This document shows positions 39,325-50,589 of a DNA stretch of 64,000 nucleotides, piece after piece. The stretch covers positions 270,933 through 334,932 of the forward strand of contig CAWBQK010000013.1 in the NCBI GenBank assembly GCA_963791045.1, written 5' to 3'. Numbering within the stretch: the first letter of the stretch is position 1; the number at the start of each line of letters is the position of its first letter. Below the pieces are notes generated by a model, which had not been told where the DNA came from, made no database searches, and saw only the letters and a program-made list of their open reading frames with translations. The translations under genes and the position numbers were made by a program. Source of the DNA: Candidatus Latescibacterota bacterium. GTDB lineage: Bacteria > Krumholzibacteriota > Krumholzibacteriia > WVZY01.

Positions 39325-42300
39325 TCATTCGACTTCGTCATTTCCGATTTCCTCCGGCGTCAAATTTCGCTTCTCGACCATGTAGTACACCAACGGAACT
39401 ACACCCAGTGTCAACACCGTCGACGCAATCGCGCCGTACATGAGCGATATGGCGAGACCCTGGAAAATCGGATCGAACAAAATTACTATCGCGCCAATCA
39501 CTACCGTCCCGGCGGTCAGAAGGATGGGGCGTGTCCTGACGGCGCCCGACTCGAGAACAGCCTGCTTGAGTGTTCCACCGTCCGCTCGGCGAAGTTGGAT
39601 AAAGTCGATGATGAGGACGGAGTTCCGGACCATGATCCCCGCCAGGGCGATCATCCCGATCATCGACGTCGCGGTAAAGAACGCCCCGTGTATCAAGTGG
39701 CCGGGAATGATTCCCACGAGACTGAGCGGGATCGCTATCATCATGACGAGCGGGGTCTTGAACGACTGGAACCACCCGATCGTCAACAAGTAGATGATCA
39801 GGAGTACCACGGCGAAGGCTCCGCCAAGATCTCTGAACACCTCGTATGTGATCTGCCACTCGCCGTCCCACTTAAGGGCGAGTTCTTCCTCGAGAAACGG
39901 CTGGTGGGTGTAAAGCGGTTTGATCGTGTGTCCGTCCGCGAGCTGGATCGCTTCGATACGCTTGTTCATGTCGAGTATCGCGTAGATCGGACTCTCGATC
40001 GCGCCGGCAACATCGCCGGTAACATATACCACCCGCTGGAGGTTTTTCCTGTAGATCGCCTTTTCCTCGACGGATCTCGCGAACCTGAACGACGTCCGCG
40101 ACCGGAATCATCTGGTTCGTGCGGGATCTCACGTAGACATTCTCGAGATCGTCCACAGACGTCCGGTTTGCCCTCGCGAGCCGAAGCTGGATCGCGACCG
40201 GTTCGATTTCATTGGGATCCCTGAGAAGCGTGACTTCGCCGCCCGCGAGCCCGATCCTTATTGTCTGCGCGAGCTGCTCCGTGTTGACCCCCCGGATGGA
40301 CGCTTTTTCCTTGTCCACAACGAGGGTAAAAACCTTCTGGTCATCCTCGACATACCAGTCGACGTCGACAACTCCCTCGGTCGTTTCAAAAACTTCGCGA
40401 ACCTTACGCGCCAGTTCGATCTGCTGCTCGTAATCGGGGCCGTATACTTCGGCAACCAGAGTAGACAACACCGGCGGACCGGGCGGCACTTCGGACACCT
40501 TCACACGGGCTTCGTATTTGGCGGCGATTTCCTGGATTTTCGGGCGCAGCCGTTTGGCGATCGCATGACTCTGATCGGAGCGCTCGCTCTTGTGCACGAG
40601 ATTGACCTGAATATCCGCAACGGTCGGTCCAGTTCTCAGGTAATAGTGGCGGACGAGCCCATTGAAATTGATCGGGGCGCTCGTCCCAACATAATATTGA
40701 TACGTTGTAACTTCAGGTACAGTCTTGAGATAGGTCGAAATCTCCTTCGCGACACGCGCCGTCTGTTCGAGCGGTGTTCCCTCGGGCATATCGATAATGA
40801 CCTGCATTTCGCTCTTGTTGTCGAACGGCAGGATTTTGACTTCAACCGCGCGGAAGAAGAAAAGGCTCACCGACCCAAGAAGAAGCACCACGACGACGGC
40901 AAGCCACATCCAGATCTGTTTATTATTGTCCAGAAGCGGGCCCAGCGTTTTGTTGTAAAACCTGTAAATACGAGTTTCCTCTACCCGGTATTCTTTCTCC
41001 TCGCCGCCGTGCGCCTTGAGCAGCCGGTAAGCAAGCCACGGAGTACCCACCAACGCGACAAATAATGAGAAGAGCATCGCGAGCGCCGCGCCGATCGGCA
41101 TGGGACTCATATAGGGGCCCATGAGACCCGAGACAAACGCCATCGGCAGTACCGAGGCGATCACGGTAAAGGTCGCAAGAATGGTCGGATTCCCCACCTC
41201 GCTGATCGCCGCTATCGCCGATTGGAGTTTCGGCAGCCTCCGCATGAGAAAATGCCTGTGAACGTTCTCGGCAATAATGATCGAATCATCGACAACAATA
41301 CCCGTTACAAAAATCAGCGCGAACAGCGTCACGCGGTTCAATGTGTAGCCGAACAGATAATAGACAAACAGTGTCAGCGCGAAGGTAATCGGAACCGACG
41401 CGAACACTACCAGGCCTCCGCGCCAACCAAGAAAAATACCGACGACTATTGTCACCGCGATGATGGCGCCGAGAAGATGCTCGAGCAGGGTGAGAACTTT
41501 TTCCGATGCCGTCTCGCCGTAGTTACGTGTCTCAGTGATATATATGTCCTGAGGCACGAGGCTTCCTTGCAGTGCCTCGATTTTTTTCATGACCTGGCTT
41601 GCCACCTGCATCGCGTCGGAGCCCTTGCGCTTGGCGATCGCCAGAGTCACCCCGGGGTACTCTTCGCCGCGATCCGCGTGAACCTCTTCGGCAGCCGGCC
41701 CCATGCCGTGGAACACGTAGCTGCTAACTTCTTCAGGCCCATCAACGATTTCCGCGACGTCACGAAGGTAGACGGGATGGGCTCCCGAAACGCCCACGAC
41801 GAGATTGGCGACGTCCTCGGCGTTCTCGAGAAAGTCCCCGGTCCGAACGATATACTCGGTGTTGAGGCGCTGAAAACTACCTGAAGTGAGCTGCTGATTC
41901 GCCGAGCGAATCTGTTGGGCGATTTGCAGAGGCGTAATCAGATGAGCCTCGAGCCTTTCTCTGTCGAGGATCACCCTGATCTGACGCTTGAGTCCGCCCT
42001 TGACTTCGACTTCGGATACATTGTTTATCTTTTTGACTTCTTCGGCGAGCTGGGTTCCCACGCGCCGCAGCTGGTACCCGTCGTACCGGTCGCTCCACAT
42101 CGTCAGGGTCAGGACCGGAACATCATCGATGCTCGAGGTTTTCAACAACGGGAAGTGAACACCGTCGGGCTTTTTATCCATGTTCTTGAGAATCGTCGCC
42201 CAGAGTTTGACCAGGCTTTCCTCCATATCCTCGCCAACAAAATAGCGAACGGTGAGAACGGAGAAGTCCGGCCGCGACATCGAGTAGATATACTCGACAC

Positions 42301-42541
42301 CGGGAATCTGACTGATAACCTTTTCGAGCGGCTTCGTAACCCGCTCTTCCATTTCCCTGGCGCTGCTTCCCGGATAAGGGATAAAGATATCGACGATCGG
42401 CACCACGATCTGAGGTTCCTCTTCCCGCGGCGTGTTTATCGTCCCGAAAAAACCGACGAGAAGCGCCGCCAGCATAAGCAGCGGTGTCAGTTTAGAATCG
42501 ATAAAAGCCTGTGCCAGGCGACCTGCGATTCCCGTTTTCAA
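39325..42541 (-). CDS. RND efflux permease, +1 frameshift near 40072
   Basis: PREEEPQIVVP, GIVVDDSIII; 3' part GIMVRNSVLIIDF, RTRPILLT. Deleting one base in gagatccgtcgag gives EIVEEKAIYRKNLQRVVYV. Confidence 0.88.
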
Positions 42542-43626
42542 TTTGTCACCTCGACTCTTTGTCCATCCATCAACTTTGAGTCACTGCCCGTCACAACCAT
42601 TTCGCCGGGGTCGAGACCGGAAAGGATTTCAATTCCATCTGTGACGGAACGTCCGGTGCGGACCCAGCGGAGGTACACGCGTCCGTCTTCCCCGACAACG
42701 AACAAACCCTCGAGCTGGCCGCGATCGAATACCGCTTCCTGCGGGACGATAAGTCTTTCCTTGGGTGCGCGGCTTATCACGAGTCGCGCGAACATACCCG
42801 ACTTGATCGATCCGCCTGGGTTCTGGATGAAGACCTTGATTTCGAACTGGTGGCTTCCCGGGTCGGCCGTCGGAATGATCTGATCGACACTTCCCGTAAA
42901 CACCTGGTCGGACGCATCGATCGCACGGGCGGGAATGATGACCTTAACGGGCATCCCGACACTGAGATGTTTGATCTGGCTCTCGGGGACGCTTGCCACC
43001 ACTTCGAGCTGGCGGACGTTTTCAAGAGTAAGTATCGGCCTGCCCGGTGTCGCGAGGTCTCCAACATCAACGAACGTCTTAGTTATCACGCCATCGAACG
43101 GTGCAACAACGTTGACGTACTGGAGCAGGTCCTCGACTTCCTTTTTCATTTCTTCGGCTCCGTTGAGTCGCGCCTGCGCGCTCTCGTAACCCATTCGAAC
43201 GTCGTCGAGCTCTTTTTGTGTCGCCGCTTTCTCTTCATAAAGCGATTCGAACCGCTCAAGGTTTCTTTTCGCGTTTTCAAAATGAGATCTCGCCTCCGTA
43301 ACACCCGCATCGGCCTGGGCCAGCCTGGACCGGATATCCTCCCCCTGGATCTTGACGAGCATCTGTCCCTTCTTGACCGTTTCACCCTCCGTCACGTAGA
43401 TTTGCTCGACCTTACCCATGACCTTCCCCGCGATACTGGCCTCCTCGGCCGGCTCGATCGAAGCGGAGTACTGGACGGGTTCTTCCGCCGACCGCGTCAT
43501 CGCCTGGGCCGCGCGTACCGCCACAGGGGGATTGTCGTTCACATCGTGTGTTTCATCCTGTCCTCCGCCGCAGCTGGAGATGATCAACAAACCGACGGCG
43601 GCAAGAATTGACATGTACCGTTTCAT
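42538..43626 (-). CDS. RND periplasmic adaptor, lipoprotein
   Basis: Lipobox ISSC; EGETVKKGQ, APFDGVI, SGMFAR. Confidence 0.88.
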   Translation of the reverse strand: MKRYMSILAAVGLLIISSCGGGQDETHDVNDNPPVAVRAAQAMTRSAEEPVQYSASIEPAEEASIAGKVMGKVEQIYVTEGETVKKGQMLVKIQGEDIRSRLAQADAGVTEARSHFENAKRNLERFESLYEEKAATQKELDDVRMGYESAQARLNGAEEMKKEVEDLLQYVNVVAPFDGVITKTFVDVGDLATPGRPILTLENVRQLEVVASVPESQIKHLSVGMPVKVIIPARAIDASDQVFTGSVDQIIPTADPGSHQFEIKVFIQNPGGSIKSGMFARLVISRAPKERLIVPQEAVFDRGQLEGLFVVGEDGRVYLRWVRTGRSVTDGIEILSGLDPGEMVVTGSDSKLMDGQRVEVTN

Positions 43627-43664
43627 GAGCTCATCCACTCCTTGAAAAATTCCGAACCCGCAAA

Positions 43665-45020
43665 TCACTGCTCGACCGTTTTTCCGGCCGTTCCCAGATA
43701 AAAATGAAGTTCGCTCCGCGCGACCTTGAAATCATACATCGCTCTTTGCAGACGAAGCTGCGCATCGGTGTACGCCGACTGTCTGGTAAGAAGATCCGAA
43801 ACCCGCTCGAGGCCTTTCTGGAATCTGGCTTCAACGATCCGAAGACTCTCACCCGATTGTTCGACCGCCTGTTCCGCGACATCCATCCGCTCCCTTGCGG
43901 TTATCAATCCGCGGTAAGCCTGGCGGACCTCCATACTGCTTCGGGCCTGCGCCTCCCGGTACTGAGCCCTTGTGGCCGCGGCGAGGGCGTTCGCCTCGTT
44001 TTTTCGCCCCCACTGCCCCAGGCCGTCAAAAACACTCCACTCGAGCAATACGCCGACCGTCCAATGATTCTTGTTTGTGCCGAAAATATTTTCATCGTGC
44101 CATTCGGTTACCCCGAACGCGTTGAGCCGTGGAATCCACTCGCCACGCTGCATCCACACACCACGGCCGGCCGCCTCGTCTGCATAATAAAGCGCAAGGA
44201 GGTCCGAACGACCGGCGGGGATAGTATCGAGCGGCACTTCTTCGACTATCTTCTCCAGGTCGGATACGAAGAGACTATCCGTCGGGATGATTTCACCGAC
44301 ATCTTCCAAACCCAGGAGGAATTTCAGTTGATCGCTTACGTTCGCGATATTCAGTTTGGCCGTCAGACGATGTTCTTCGATTTCGGCAAGCCGGACCTGG
44401 GACGACAGGAGATCCGCCTTCGACACAATGCCTCTGTCATAGGAGGACTTCACCTCGGAGTAATGAGTCCGGGCCGTCTCTACGGCGTCATCAATCGTGG
44501 CCAGGTTGCCGTTCGATAGAATAAGGCCGTAATACGCCTTCTCGACTTCGAGCGCAATTTTTTCCTCGGTCCTGTCGAGGGCGTGTTCACTCGCCTTTTT
44601 CGCGCTACCCGCGGACGACTTACCATAGATTGCGTCCATATTGATGATCGGTTGATCGAGTCTTATCACCGTCGCAAAGTTCGTAATCGGATCGGGGTTG
44701 TTGAGCGCGTCGAGCGCGAGGTCATCTTGCGAGAAAATACCCTGCCTCAGTTTTGAACCAAAAACGGCGACGGGCTCGTCCGATCTTAAGTAGCCTTCGC
44801 TAAGAACCAGGTGTGGAAGAAAAGCCTGCCAGCCACCAAGGTCTTGACCCTTGGCTTTGTCCAACTGGCTCCTGGCTATAAGGATCTGATGGTTGTTTTC
44901 CTTCGCCAGAGAAAGCGCCTCGTCCAACGACAGCCTGCGAGCGGTCGTCCCAAAGGCTTGCGACGCCAAGACAGCGACCATAATTATTGAAAGCAGTATT
45001 CGTGATTTTGCCATTTTCAT
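43665..45020 (-). CDS. TolC-family outer membrane factor
   Basis: Signal peptide, LEWSVFDG, helical repeats. Confidence 0.85.
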   Translation of the reverse strand: MKMAKSRILLSIIMVAVLASQAFGTTARRLSLDEALSLAKENNHQILIARSQLDKAKGQDLGGWQAFLPHLVLSEGYLRSDEPVAVFGSKLRQGIFSQDDLALDALNNPDPITNFATVIRLDQPIINMDAIYGKSSAGSAKKASEHALDRTEEKIALEVEKAYYGLILSNGNLATIDDAVETARTHYSEVKSSYDRGIVSKADLLSSQVRLAEIEEHRLTAKLNIANVSDQLKFLLGLEDVGEIIPTDSLFVSDLEKIVEEVPLDTIPAGRSDLLALYYADEAAGRGVWMQRGEWIPRLNAFGVTEWHDENIFGTNKNHWTVGVLLEWSVFDGLGQWGRKNEANALAAATRAQYREAQARSSMEVRQAYRGLITARERMDVAEQAVEQSGESLRIVEARFQKGLERVSDLLTRQSAYTDAQLRLQRAMYDFKVARSELHFYLGTAGKTVEQ

Positions 45021-45508
45021 AACGAGCCTCTCCTGGGGTCTCCTCTTTTATAACAGACCGGTACAAATTACCGAGCGGGGATCGGCGTAGGGTATTCTGG
45101 CACCTGGAGTAGAAGCGGAAGGATGTCGGAATCTGCTGACAGCCATGCCCGCGCGGACCAATCCACCTGGCGGGTCATGTTGAGAATACCTACATAGCAA
45201 CAGGATAGCAGAACCACGCCGTGTGGGCACGCATGAAATGCGCGTCACGTGGATCGCGCCGACCTCCAGATTCGTGCGTTTGTACCCTATGTATCTTTAG
45301 TGTCAAAACAGGGGTTGGAGGTTCCCGGATTTTGGACGGAAATCCAGTGTACGGGCATATACAATCGGCCTATACAAAACAATGCGTTCATTCTATAATC
45401 CCGAAATCATTATCTGCGGTTTATTGGTACATGAGCCATAAGTTAATGAACAGATGCGGTACCTCGTACCCATCCGTTTGATCTTTAGCACCTTAGGGAG
45501 GGGTGTGT

Positions 45509-46769
45509 ATGTCTAACCAAAAAGTCATGAACCGGTCGCTCGTTGTTGTCGGCGCGCTGTTGATACAGTTGTCGCTCGGCGCCATTTATGCGTGGTCGGT
45601 GTTCACCAAACCGCTCGTTGCCGAGGGGTGGAGCAAGGCCCAGACGCAGGCTGTCTTTTCCGCGGGTCTCGCCCTTTTTGCCATCGTTATGGTAATTGCG
45701 GGACGGGCATTGCCCAAAGTGGGGCCGAGAAAACTCGCCATGTGGGGCGGCGTGGTTCTGGGGCTCGGTTACGTCCTCGCCGGCGTGCTGGGCGCGACCA
45801 ACTTCTGGGTTCTCTTTATCTGTATCGGGATCATCGGCGGCGCCGGTATCGGTCTTGCCTACGTGGTGCCCATCGCCGTCGGAATGCGCTGGTTCCCCGA
45901 CAGGAAGGGCTTTATAACGGGTCTGGCCGTTGCCGGTTTTGGTTTCGGAGCGATGCTCTGGGTCAAACTGGCCGGCTCGTGGGGGCACCTCATAGCCAAA
46001 TACGGGCTTGGGAAACACGTTCATCATATACGGCATCCTGTTTTTTGCCACGGTCGTCGTCGGTGGAATCTGGATGGTCTTTCCACCCGAGGGCTACAAG
46101 CCCAAGGGCTGGGAACCCGCCCAGGCGGCAAAAGGCGCGGCACCGGCCGCCGGCTCGATCGACTTCGAGAGCGGTGCGATGCTTCGCACACCTCAGTTCT
46201 TCATGATCTTTATGACGTTCCTGTTTAGCGCCAGCGCGGGTCTGATGAGTATCGGCCTCATGAAGCTCTTCCCGTCGCAGGCGCTCGAAGCAAACGGGAT
46301 GTCACCGATAGCGGCGTCGGCGACCGCCGGCACCGCGATGGCGGTGTTCTTCTCGCTGGCCAACGGCCTTGGCCGGATCGGGTGGGGAACGATTTCAGAC
46401 AAGATCGGCCGTAAAATGTCGATTATCATTATGACGGCGGTCCAGGGGGTCATGATGCTGTGCTTCCCGTTTATGGCGGGCACAACGGCACTGCTCTACC
46501 TCGGGGCGACGCTGATCGGCTTCAACTTCGGCGGCAACTTCGCGTTGTTCCCGACGATCACTGCCGATACCTTTGGGAACAAATTCGTCGGACAAAACTA
46601 CGGATGGGTGTTCCTCGCATATGGCGTCGGCGGGATATTCGGACCGATCCTCGGTGGCAGGCTGGGGGACATGGGCAACTTCCCGATGGCGTTCACAATC
46701 GTCGGGATTTTGTGTCTCGCAGCATCGCTGATAATCGCGACGGTCAAACCACCGTTCAAATCAAACTAG
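45509..46769 (+). CDS. OFA (oxalate/formate antiporter-like) MFS transporter, +1 frameshift near 46012
   Basis: LGAIYAWSVF, WFPDRKG, GFGFGA; 3' half ANGLGRIGWGTISDKIGR, FGGNFALFP. Extra base in cttgggaaacacg. Confidence 0.85.
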
Positions 46770-46803
46770 GAACGGTCTCCAGGATCCACTGGATTTGCAT
46801 AAG

Positions 46804-46832
46804 AAAAGCGCGCTCTCGGGCGCGCTTTTTTT
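46804..46832 (+). terminator. Intrinsic (probably bidirectional) terminator
   Basis: aaaagcgcgctc-tc-gggcgcgcttttttt between convergent genes. Confidence 0.8.
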
Positions 46833-46855
46833 GTGGGTGTCGGACAGGCGTGAGA

Positions 46856-47500
46856 TCAAATCGAGTTCGCCGCTGATCCAGTACGCGTGCTCAAGTAAAA
46901 ATGCCACAACAACCGCGCCGCGACGGCCCGCCACGGCCGCCATTTCTCCCCGATTTCCTCCAGTTCGTCGCTTGTCGGCCGGACGGGAAGACTCAGAGCT
47001 TCCGCGGCGCCGACCATGAGAGCAAGATCCGAAGCCGGCCACACATCGGGCCGTTTCAGCGCCTGCAACAGGTAGATGTCCGCCGTCCAGGGGCCGATTC
47101 CTTTTTGCGCGGTGAGCATCCTTCGCGCATCCTCATCGCTCATTTTGCCGACGGCGTGAAGGTCCAAATCCCCCCCGGCAACCGCTTCGGCCAACCCTCG
47201 GCAATATCCCATCTTTTGACGGCTGAAACCAATGGCTTTGAGTGTTGGGGCGCTAAGCGACAGGAGTTTCTCGGGGGTAACGGTCTGCATTTTCTTTTCG
47301 AGCCGGCCGATGGTTGCTTTCGCCGACGCCAGTGACACTTGTTGTTCCAGAATTATATAGACGAGAGTGGAGAATCCGGGTTTGCGGGTCCACATCGGCG
47401 CGGGGCCGAAATTTTTGATGATCGAGGCGAGGCGGCGGTCGCGGCGGGCCAGTATTCTAAGACCATCCGCGTAGGATTTCTTGTCGAGCCGGGGCACCAT
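46856..47500 (-). CDS. alkA: DNA-3-methyladenine glycosylase II (HhH-GPD)
   Basis: ILEQQVSLASA, KGIGPWTA, DVWPASD, WRPWRAVAARLLW; TAATG overlap with the upstream gene. Confidence 0.85.
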   Translation of the reverse strand: MVPRLDKKSYADGLRILARRDRRLASIIKNFGPAPMWTRKPGFSTLVYIILEQQVSLASAKATIGRLEKKMQTVTPEKLLSLSAPTLKAIGFSRQKMGYCRGLAEAVAGGDLDLHAVGKMSDEDARRMLTAQKGIGPWTADIYLLQALKRPDVWPASDLALMVGAAEALSLPVRPTSDELEEIGEKWRPWRAVAARLLWHFYLSTRTGSAANSI

Positions 47501-49413
47501 TAATTCTCTTCCCCATCCGCCGTGTCGGCGGGCGAAGGAACCCACCCCTTCTGACGAAGCCATTCTTCGGCCTGGGCAACCCTCTCAGAGAAGATCAACC
47601 ACATGAACGCGTCACCGTCACGGATCTTTACCTTGTGATCGAACAGTTCCACCGATTCGCCTCTTTTGACCGCGACCGGCAGAAGCGTGTTTTTTAGCTC
47701 TTTTGGGGTGTCCGCCGGCGTCGCGTCGGCCGCCTCGACGGATTCTTCTTTTGGCTCCTCCGGTCCTTTCCACTCCCAGCACGCTACCGCGGCAATTCCC
47801 CTCCGAAGCCGGACCGACCACAACTCGACATCCGTCTCTCCTCCAAAGAGGACACCGGCGCCGGTTTCATAAACCATGTCATCCTCGATCGATCCATGCC
47901 CGCGCTCGATCGCGACAAATGTTCTGGGCACCTTGTAGTCGTGGGCTTTCTCTATAAAAAGCAAATTCACCGCGTCGTTCCAGAGAACGCCCACAGCGAC
48001 TTTGCGGGATTCGAGGTCGGCGCCGAGAAGAACACGCTCTTCGAGCGCATTTCCAAAAACGACACGAAACCCTTCCCTTTGCGCCTCTCGAGTGGCTTCA
48101 GCGCGCGCATCGATGAACACGACTTCTTCCCCTGCGTCGCGGAATATCCCACCAATGAGCCGGCCGAGATTGTGCGCGCCCAGAATCACGTAGCCAAGAC
48201 CGGTCGGGCGGCGGACGCCGAGCCATTTCGCGACCCACACCCCGGTCGTCCCCTGAAAAACAACGGTAACCGCGATAACAAGAAATACCAGCGCGCGAAG
48301 CTCCGTGCCGCCGGCGATACCGGCATGCTCAAGACGGTCGTAGAAAAGAGACGCCACCGCCGCGGCAACAATCCCGCGGGGCGCCAACCACGAAAGAAAT
48401 GTCTTTTCTTTGACGCTCATGCCGGATCGAAGCGTGCACGCAATCACATTGACGGGGCGAACGACAAACATCAACGCTAGCACCACCATGAGTCCGGGAA
48501 CCCCAAGAGCCCGCACGTCGGCCAGTCTCACGTCGGCCGCCAGGAGGACAAACAACATTCCAATGAGAAGAACTGTCAGCTGTTCTTTGAATTCCCTCAG
48601 CTCGGGGAGCGCCGGCGTGCGGACATTTCCAACCACAAACCCCGCGACGATAACACTGACAATCCCGGTCTCCGGAAGAATGACGTTACTGGCCTGAAAG
48701 AGCGCGAGCGCGAGCGACAGCGTAAAAACGTTTTCAAAACCTTCGGGAACGATCCGCCGCGAACGGAGTGCCAGCGCGATGATGATCCCACCAATGAGTC
48801 CGATGAGGACGCCAAAAATGAGACGAGTGGGAAGACCGGCAAGACCCAGGGCCATCGCGGAACGCGTCGGACTCAAAACGATTTCGAGGACGACGATGGC
48901 GAGAATGGCGCCCACTGCATCGATGAAGACGCCTTCCGCCTCAAGAACCGTCTCGAGTTTTCGTACGATCCGTATGCGGCGAAGCAGGGGTGTAATGACG
49001 GTCGGTCCGGTTACAATGACAAGCGAGCCAAAGAGAATCGATACCGTCCAGTCCCAACCAAGTATCATGCGTGCGGCGAGCGTGCCGCCAATCGCGGTTA
49101 CAACGGCGCCAAGAGATATTAGAAGCTGGATTGTCGTCGCCTCTCGGCGGAGACGCCGCCAGTTGAGATTGAGCCCACCTTCAAAAAGGACAACGGCGAC
49201 GGCAAACTCGACAAGAATGGTGAGCGCCTCGCCAAGCTCATCGGGGCGAAGAATGTTAAGCAGGTCCGGCCCCAGGAGGGCGCCGGAACCGAGGAGTATT
49301 ACAATTCCCGGAATTCTCAAATGGCGGGCCAGCGATTGTGCAATGATCCCAACGGCCAGCGCGAGCGCAACCGTGAGCGCCGGTGTCACGCCAATGTCGA
49401 AATGCACACGCAT
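47500..49413 (-). CDS. CPA1 cation:proton antiporter with C-terminal TrkA-N (RCK) domain
   Basis: LFEGGL, VTGPTVI, EAEGVFID, APRGIVAAAVAS, ILGAHNLG. Confidence 0.88.
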   Translation of the reverse strand: MRVHFDIGVTPALTVALALAVGIIAQSLARHLRIPGIVILLGSGALLGPDLLNILRPDELGEALTILVEFAVAVVLFEGGLNLNWRRLRREATTIQLLISLGAVVTAIGGTLAARMILGWDWTVSILFGSLVIVTGPTVITPLLRRIRIVRKLETVLEAEGVFIDAVGAILAIVVLEIVLSPTRSAMALGLAGLPTRLIFGVLIGLIGGIIIALALRSRRIVPEGFENVFTLSLALALFQASNVILPETGIVSVIVAGFVVGNVRTPALPELREFKEQLTVLLIGMLFVLLAADVRLADVRALGVPGLMVVLALMFVVRPVNVIACTLRSGMSVKEKTFLSWLAPRGIVAAAVASLFYDRLEHAGIAGGTELRALVFLVIAVTVVFQGTTGVWVAKWLGVRRPTGLGYVILGAHNLGRLIGGIFRDAGEEVVFIDARAEATREAQREGFRVVFGNALEERVLLGADLESRKVAVGVLWNDAVNLLFIEKAHDYKVPRTFVAIERGHGSIEDDMVYETGAGVLFGGETDVELWSVRLRRGIAAVACWEWKGPEEPKEESVEAADATPADTPKELKNTLLPVAVKRGESVELFDHKVKIRDGDAFMWLIFSERVAQAEEWLRQKGWVPSPADTADGEEN

Positions 49414-49467
49414 TCCCCCCGTTGTCGGCAAAAAGAAAGGACCGACAACCTGTCGGCCCTGGCGGGT

Positions 49468-49791
49468 TTACACATATTCTTCACGGACGGGCGAGAATAC
49501 ATCAATGACCCTGCAATCGGTCACCGCTGTGCCCGAGTGCGGAATGTCCGGGGGGATCAGAACGACGCATCCCTCGGTCATCTCGAACAGCTTGCCGTCA
49601 ACGATGAGATGAAATTCGCCGTCAATGACGTTGACGGTCTGTTCGTGAGGGTGGCTGTGCTCGGGAAGCGTTGCGCCTTCCCGAATATCCCAGTATGCAA
49701 GGGTGATCCGTTCGGTGTGAACGAATCTGGCATTGAATCCGGGTACAACTTCCCGGGCCGGATACTCACCGAGCTTGACGTATTTGGTCAT
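49468..49791 (-). CDS. Cupin domain protein
   Basis: PEHSHPHEQ, IPPDIPHS, DVFSPVREEY. Confidence 0.85.
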   Translation of the reverse strand: MTKYVKLGEYPAREVVPGFNARFVHTERITLAYWDIREGATLPEHSHPHEQTVNVIDGEFHLIVDGKLFEMTEGCVVLIPPDIPHSGTAVTDCRVIDVFSPVREEYV

Positions 49792-49877
49792 GATACCTGC
49801 CTCCGTTCATTCTCAGAATTTCAGCGATGGTACCACGCCGAGGGAAGATTGAGAAAGCAGTGAAGCGCGTCGAAAAG

Positions 49878-50432
49878 CTACTTCTTTGGCGTTTCCTTTT
49901 TTTCAACGAAATCGAGGGCCACCGAGTTGACACAATATCTCAGCCCCGTCGGTCTCGGTCCGTCCTCGAAAACATGCCCCAAATGCGCTCCGCACCGGTT
50001 GCATCTTACTTCGACACGGACCATTCCAGCGCTTCGATCAGCCTTTTCCTCGATACCTTTTTCACTGATCGGCGCCCAAAAGCTGGGCCAACCGGAACCC
50101 GAGTTGTATTTTGTCTCGGAAGTGAACAGCTCGTTACCACAGCACACACACTTGAAAACGCCCTTGCCCTTAAAATCATTGTACTTTCCCGTAAACGCCG
50201 GCTCCGTGCCCCCCTCGCGGGTAACCCGATACTGGTCAGGGGTCAGTATTTCACGCCATTCTTTGTCTGATTTTTCCACTTTCTCGGACCCCCCTTTTAT
50301 TTCTTTTTTGGAATCGGCCTCCTCGACCTTCTTCGCCTTGTCTTTATCGGCCGCGGCCGCACCCGCCGACACGGCCGGCAAACTCGCAAGTACAAATAAC
50401 ACAATAAGTAAAGTAGTAAGTCGCAATATCAT
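49878..50432 (-). CDS. msrB: Methionine-R-sulfoxide reductase with signal peptide
   Basis: [40 protein letters not shown]; hydrophobic N-terminal signal. Confidence 0.92.
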   Translation of the reverse strand: MILRLTTLLIVLFVLASLPAVSAGAAAADKDKAKKVEEADSKKEIKGGSEKVEKSDKEWREILTPDQYRVTREGGTEPAFTGKYNDFKGKGVFKCVCCGNELFTSETKYNSGSGWPSFWAPISEKGIEEKADRSAGMVRVEVRCNRCGAHLGHVFEDGPRPTGLRYCVNSVALDFVEKKETPKK

Positions 50433-50507
50433 ATGAGAGCCTCCTTGCCCACGGTTGTCTTTTATATTTGTCGGGGCAATTGATGGTAGCTTACACCCCG
50501 CCGTGCA

Positions 50508-50550
50508 GAAAAACAAAACCGCCGGGATGACATTGAGCCATCCCGGCGGT
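50508..50550 (-). terminator. Intrinsic terminator after the malic enzyme gene
   Basis: 12-bp perfect stem accgccgggatg/catcccggcggt followed on the minus strand by tttgttttt. Confidence 0.8.
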
Positions 50551-50589
50551 GAACCGAACTCCGCAGAAGCGGGGTGCTTTACGCTAAAC

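Noticed and set aside
49827-50270. 147-aa ORF antisense to msrB
   Set aside because: Fully overlaps the conserved msrB on the opposite strand; no independent evidence.
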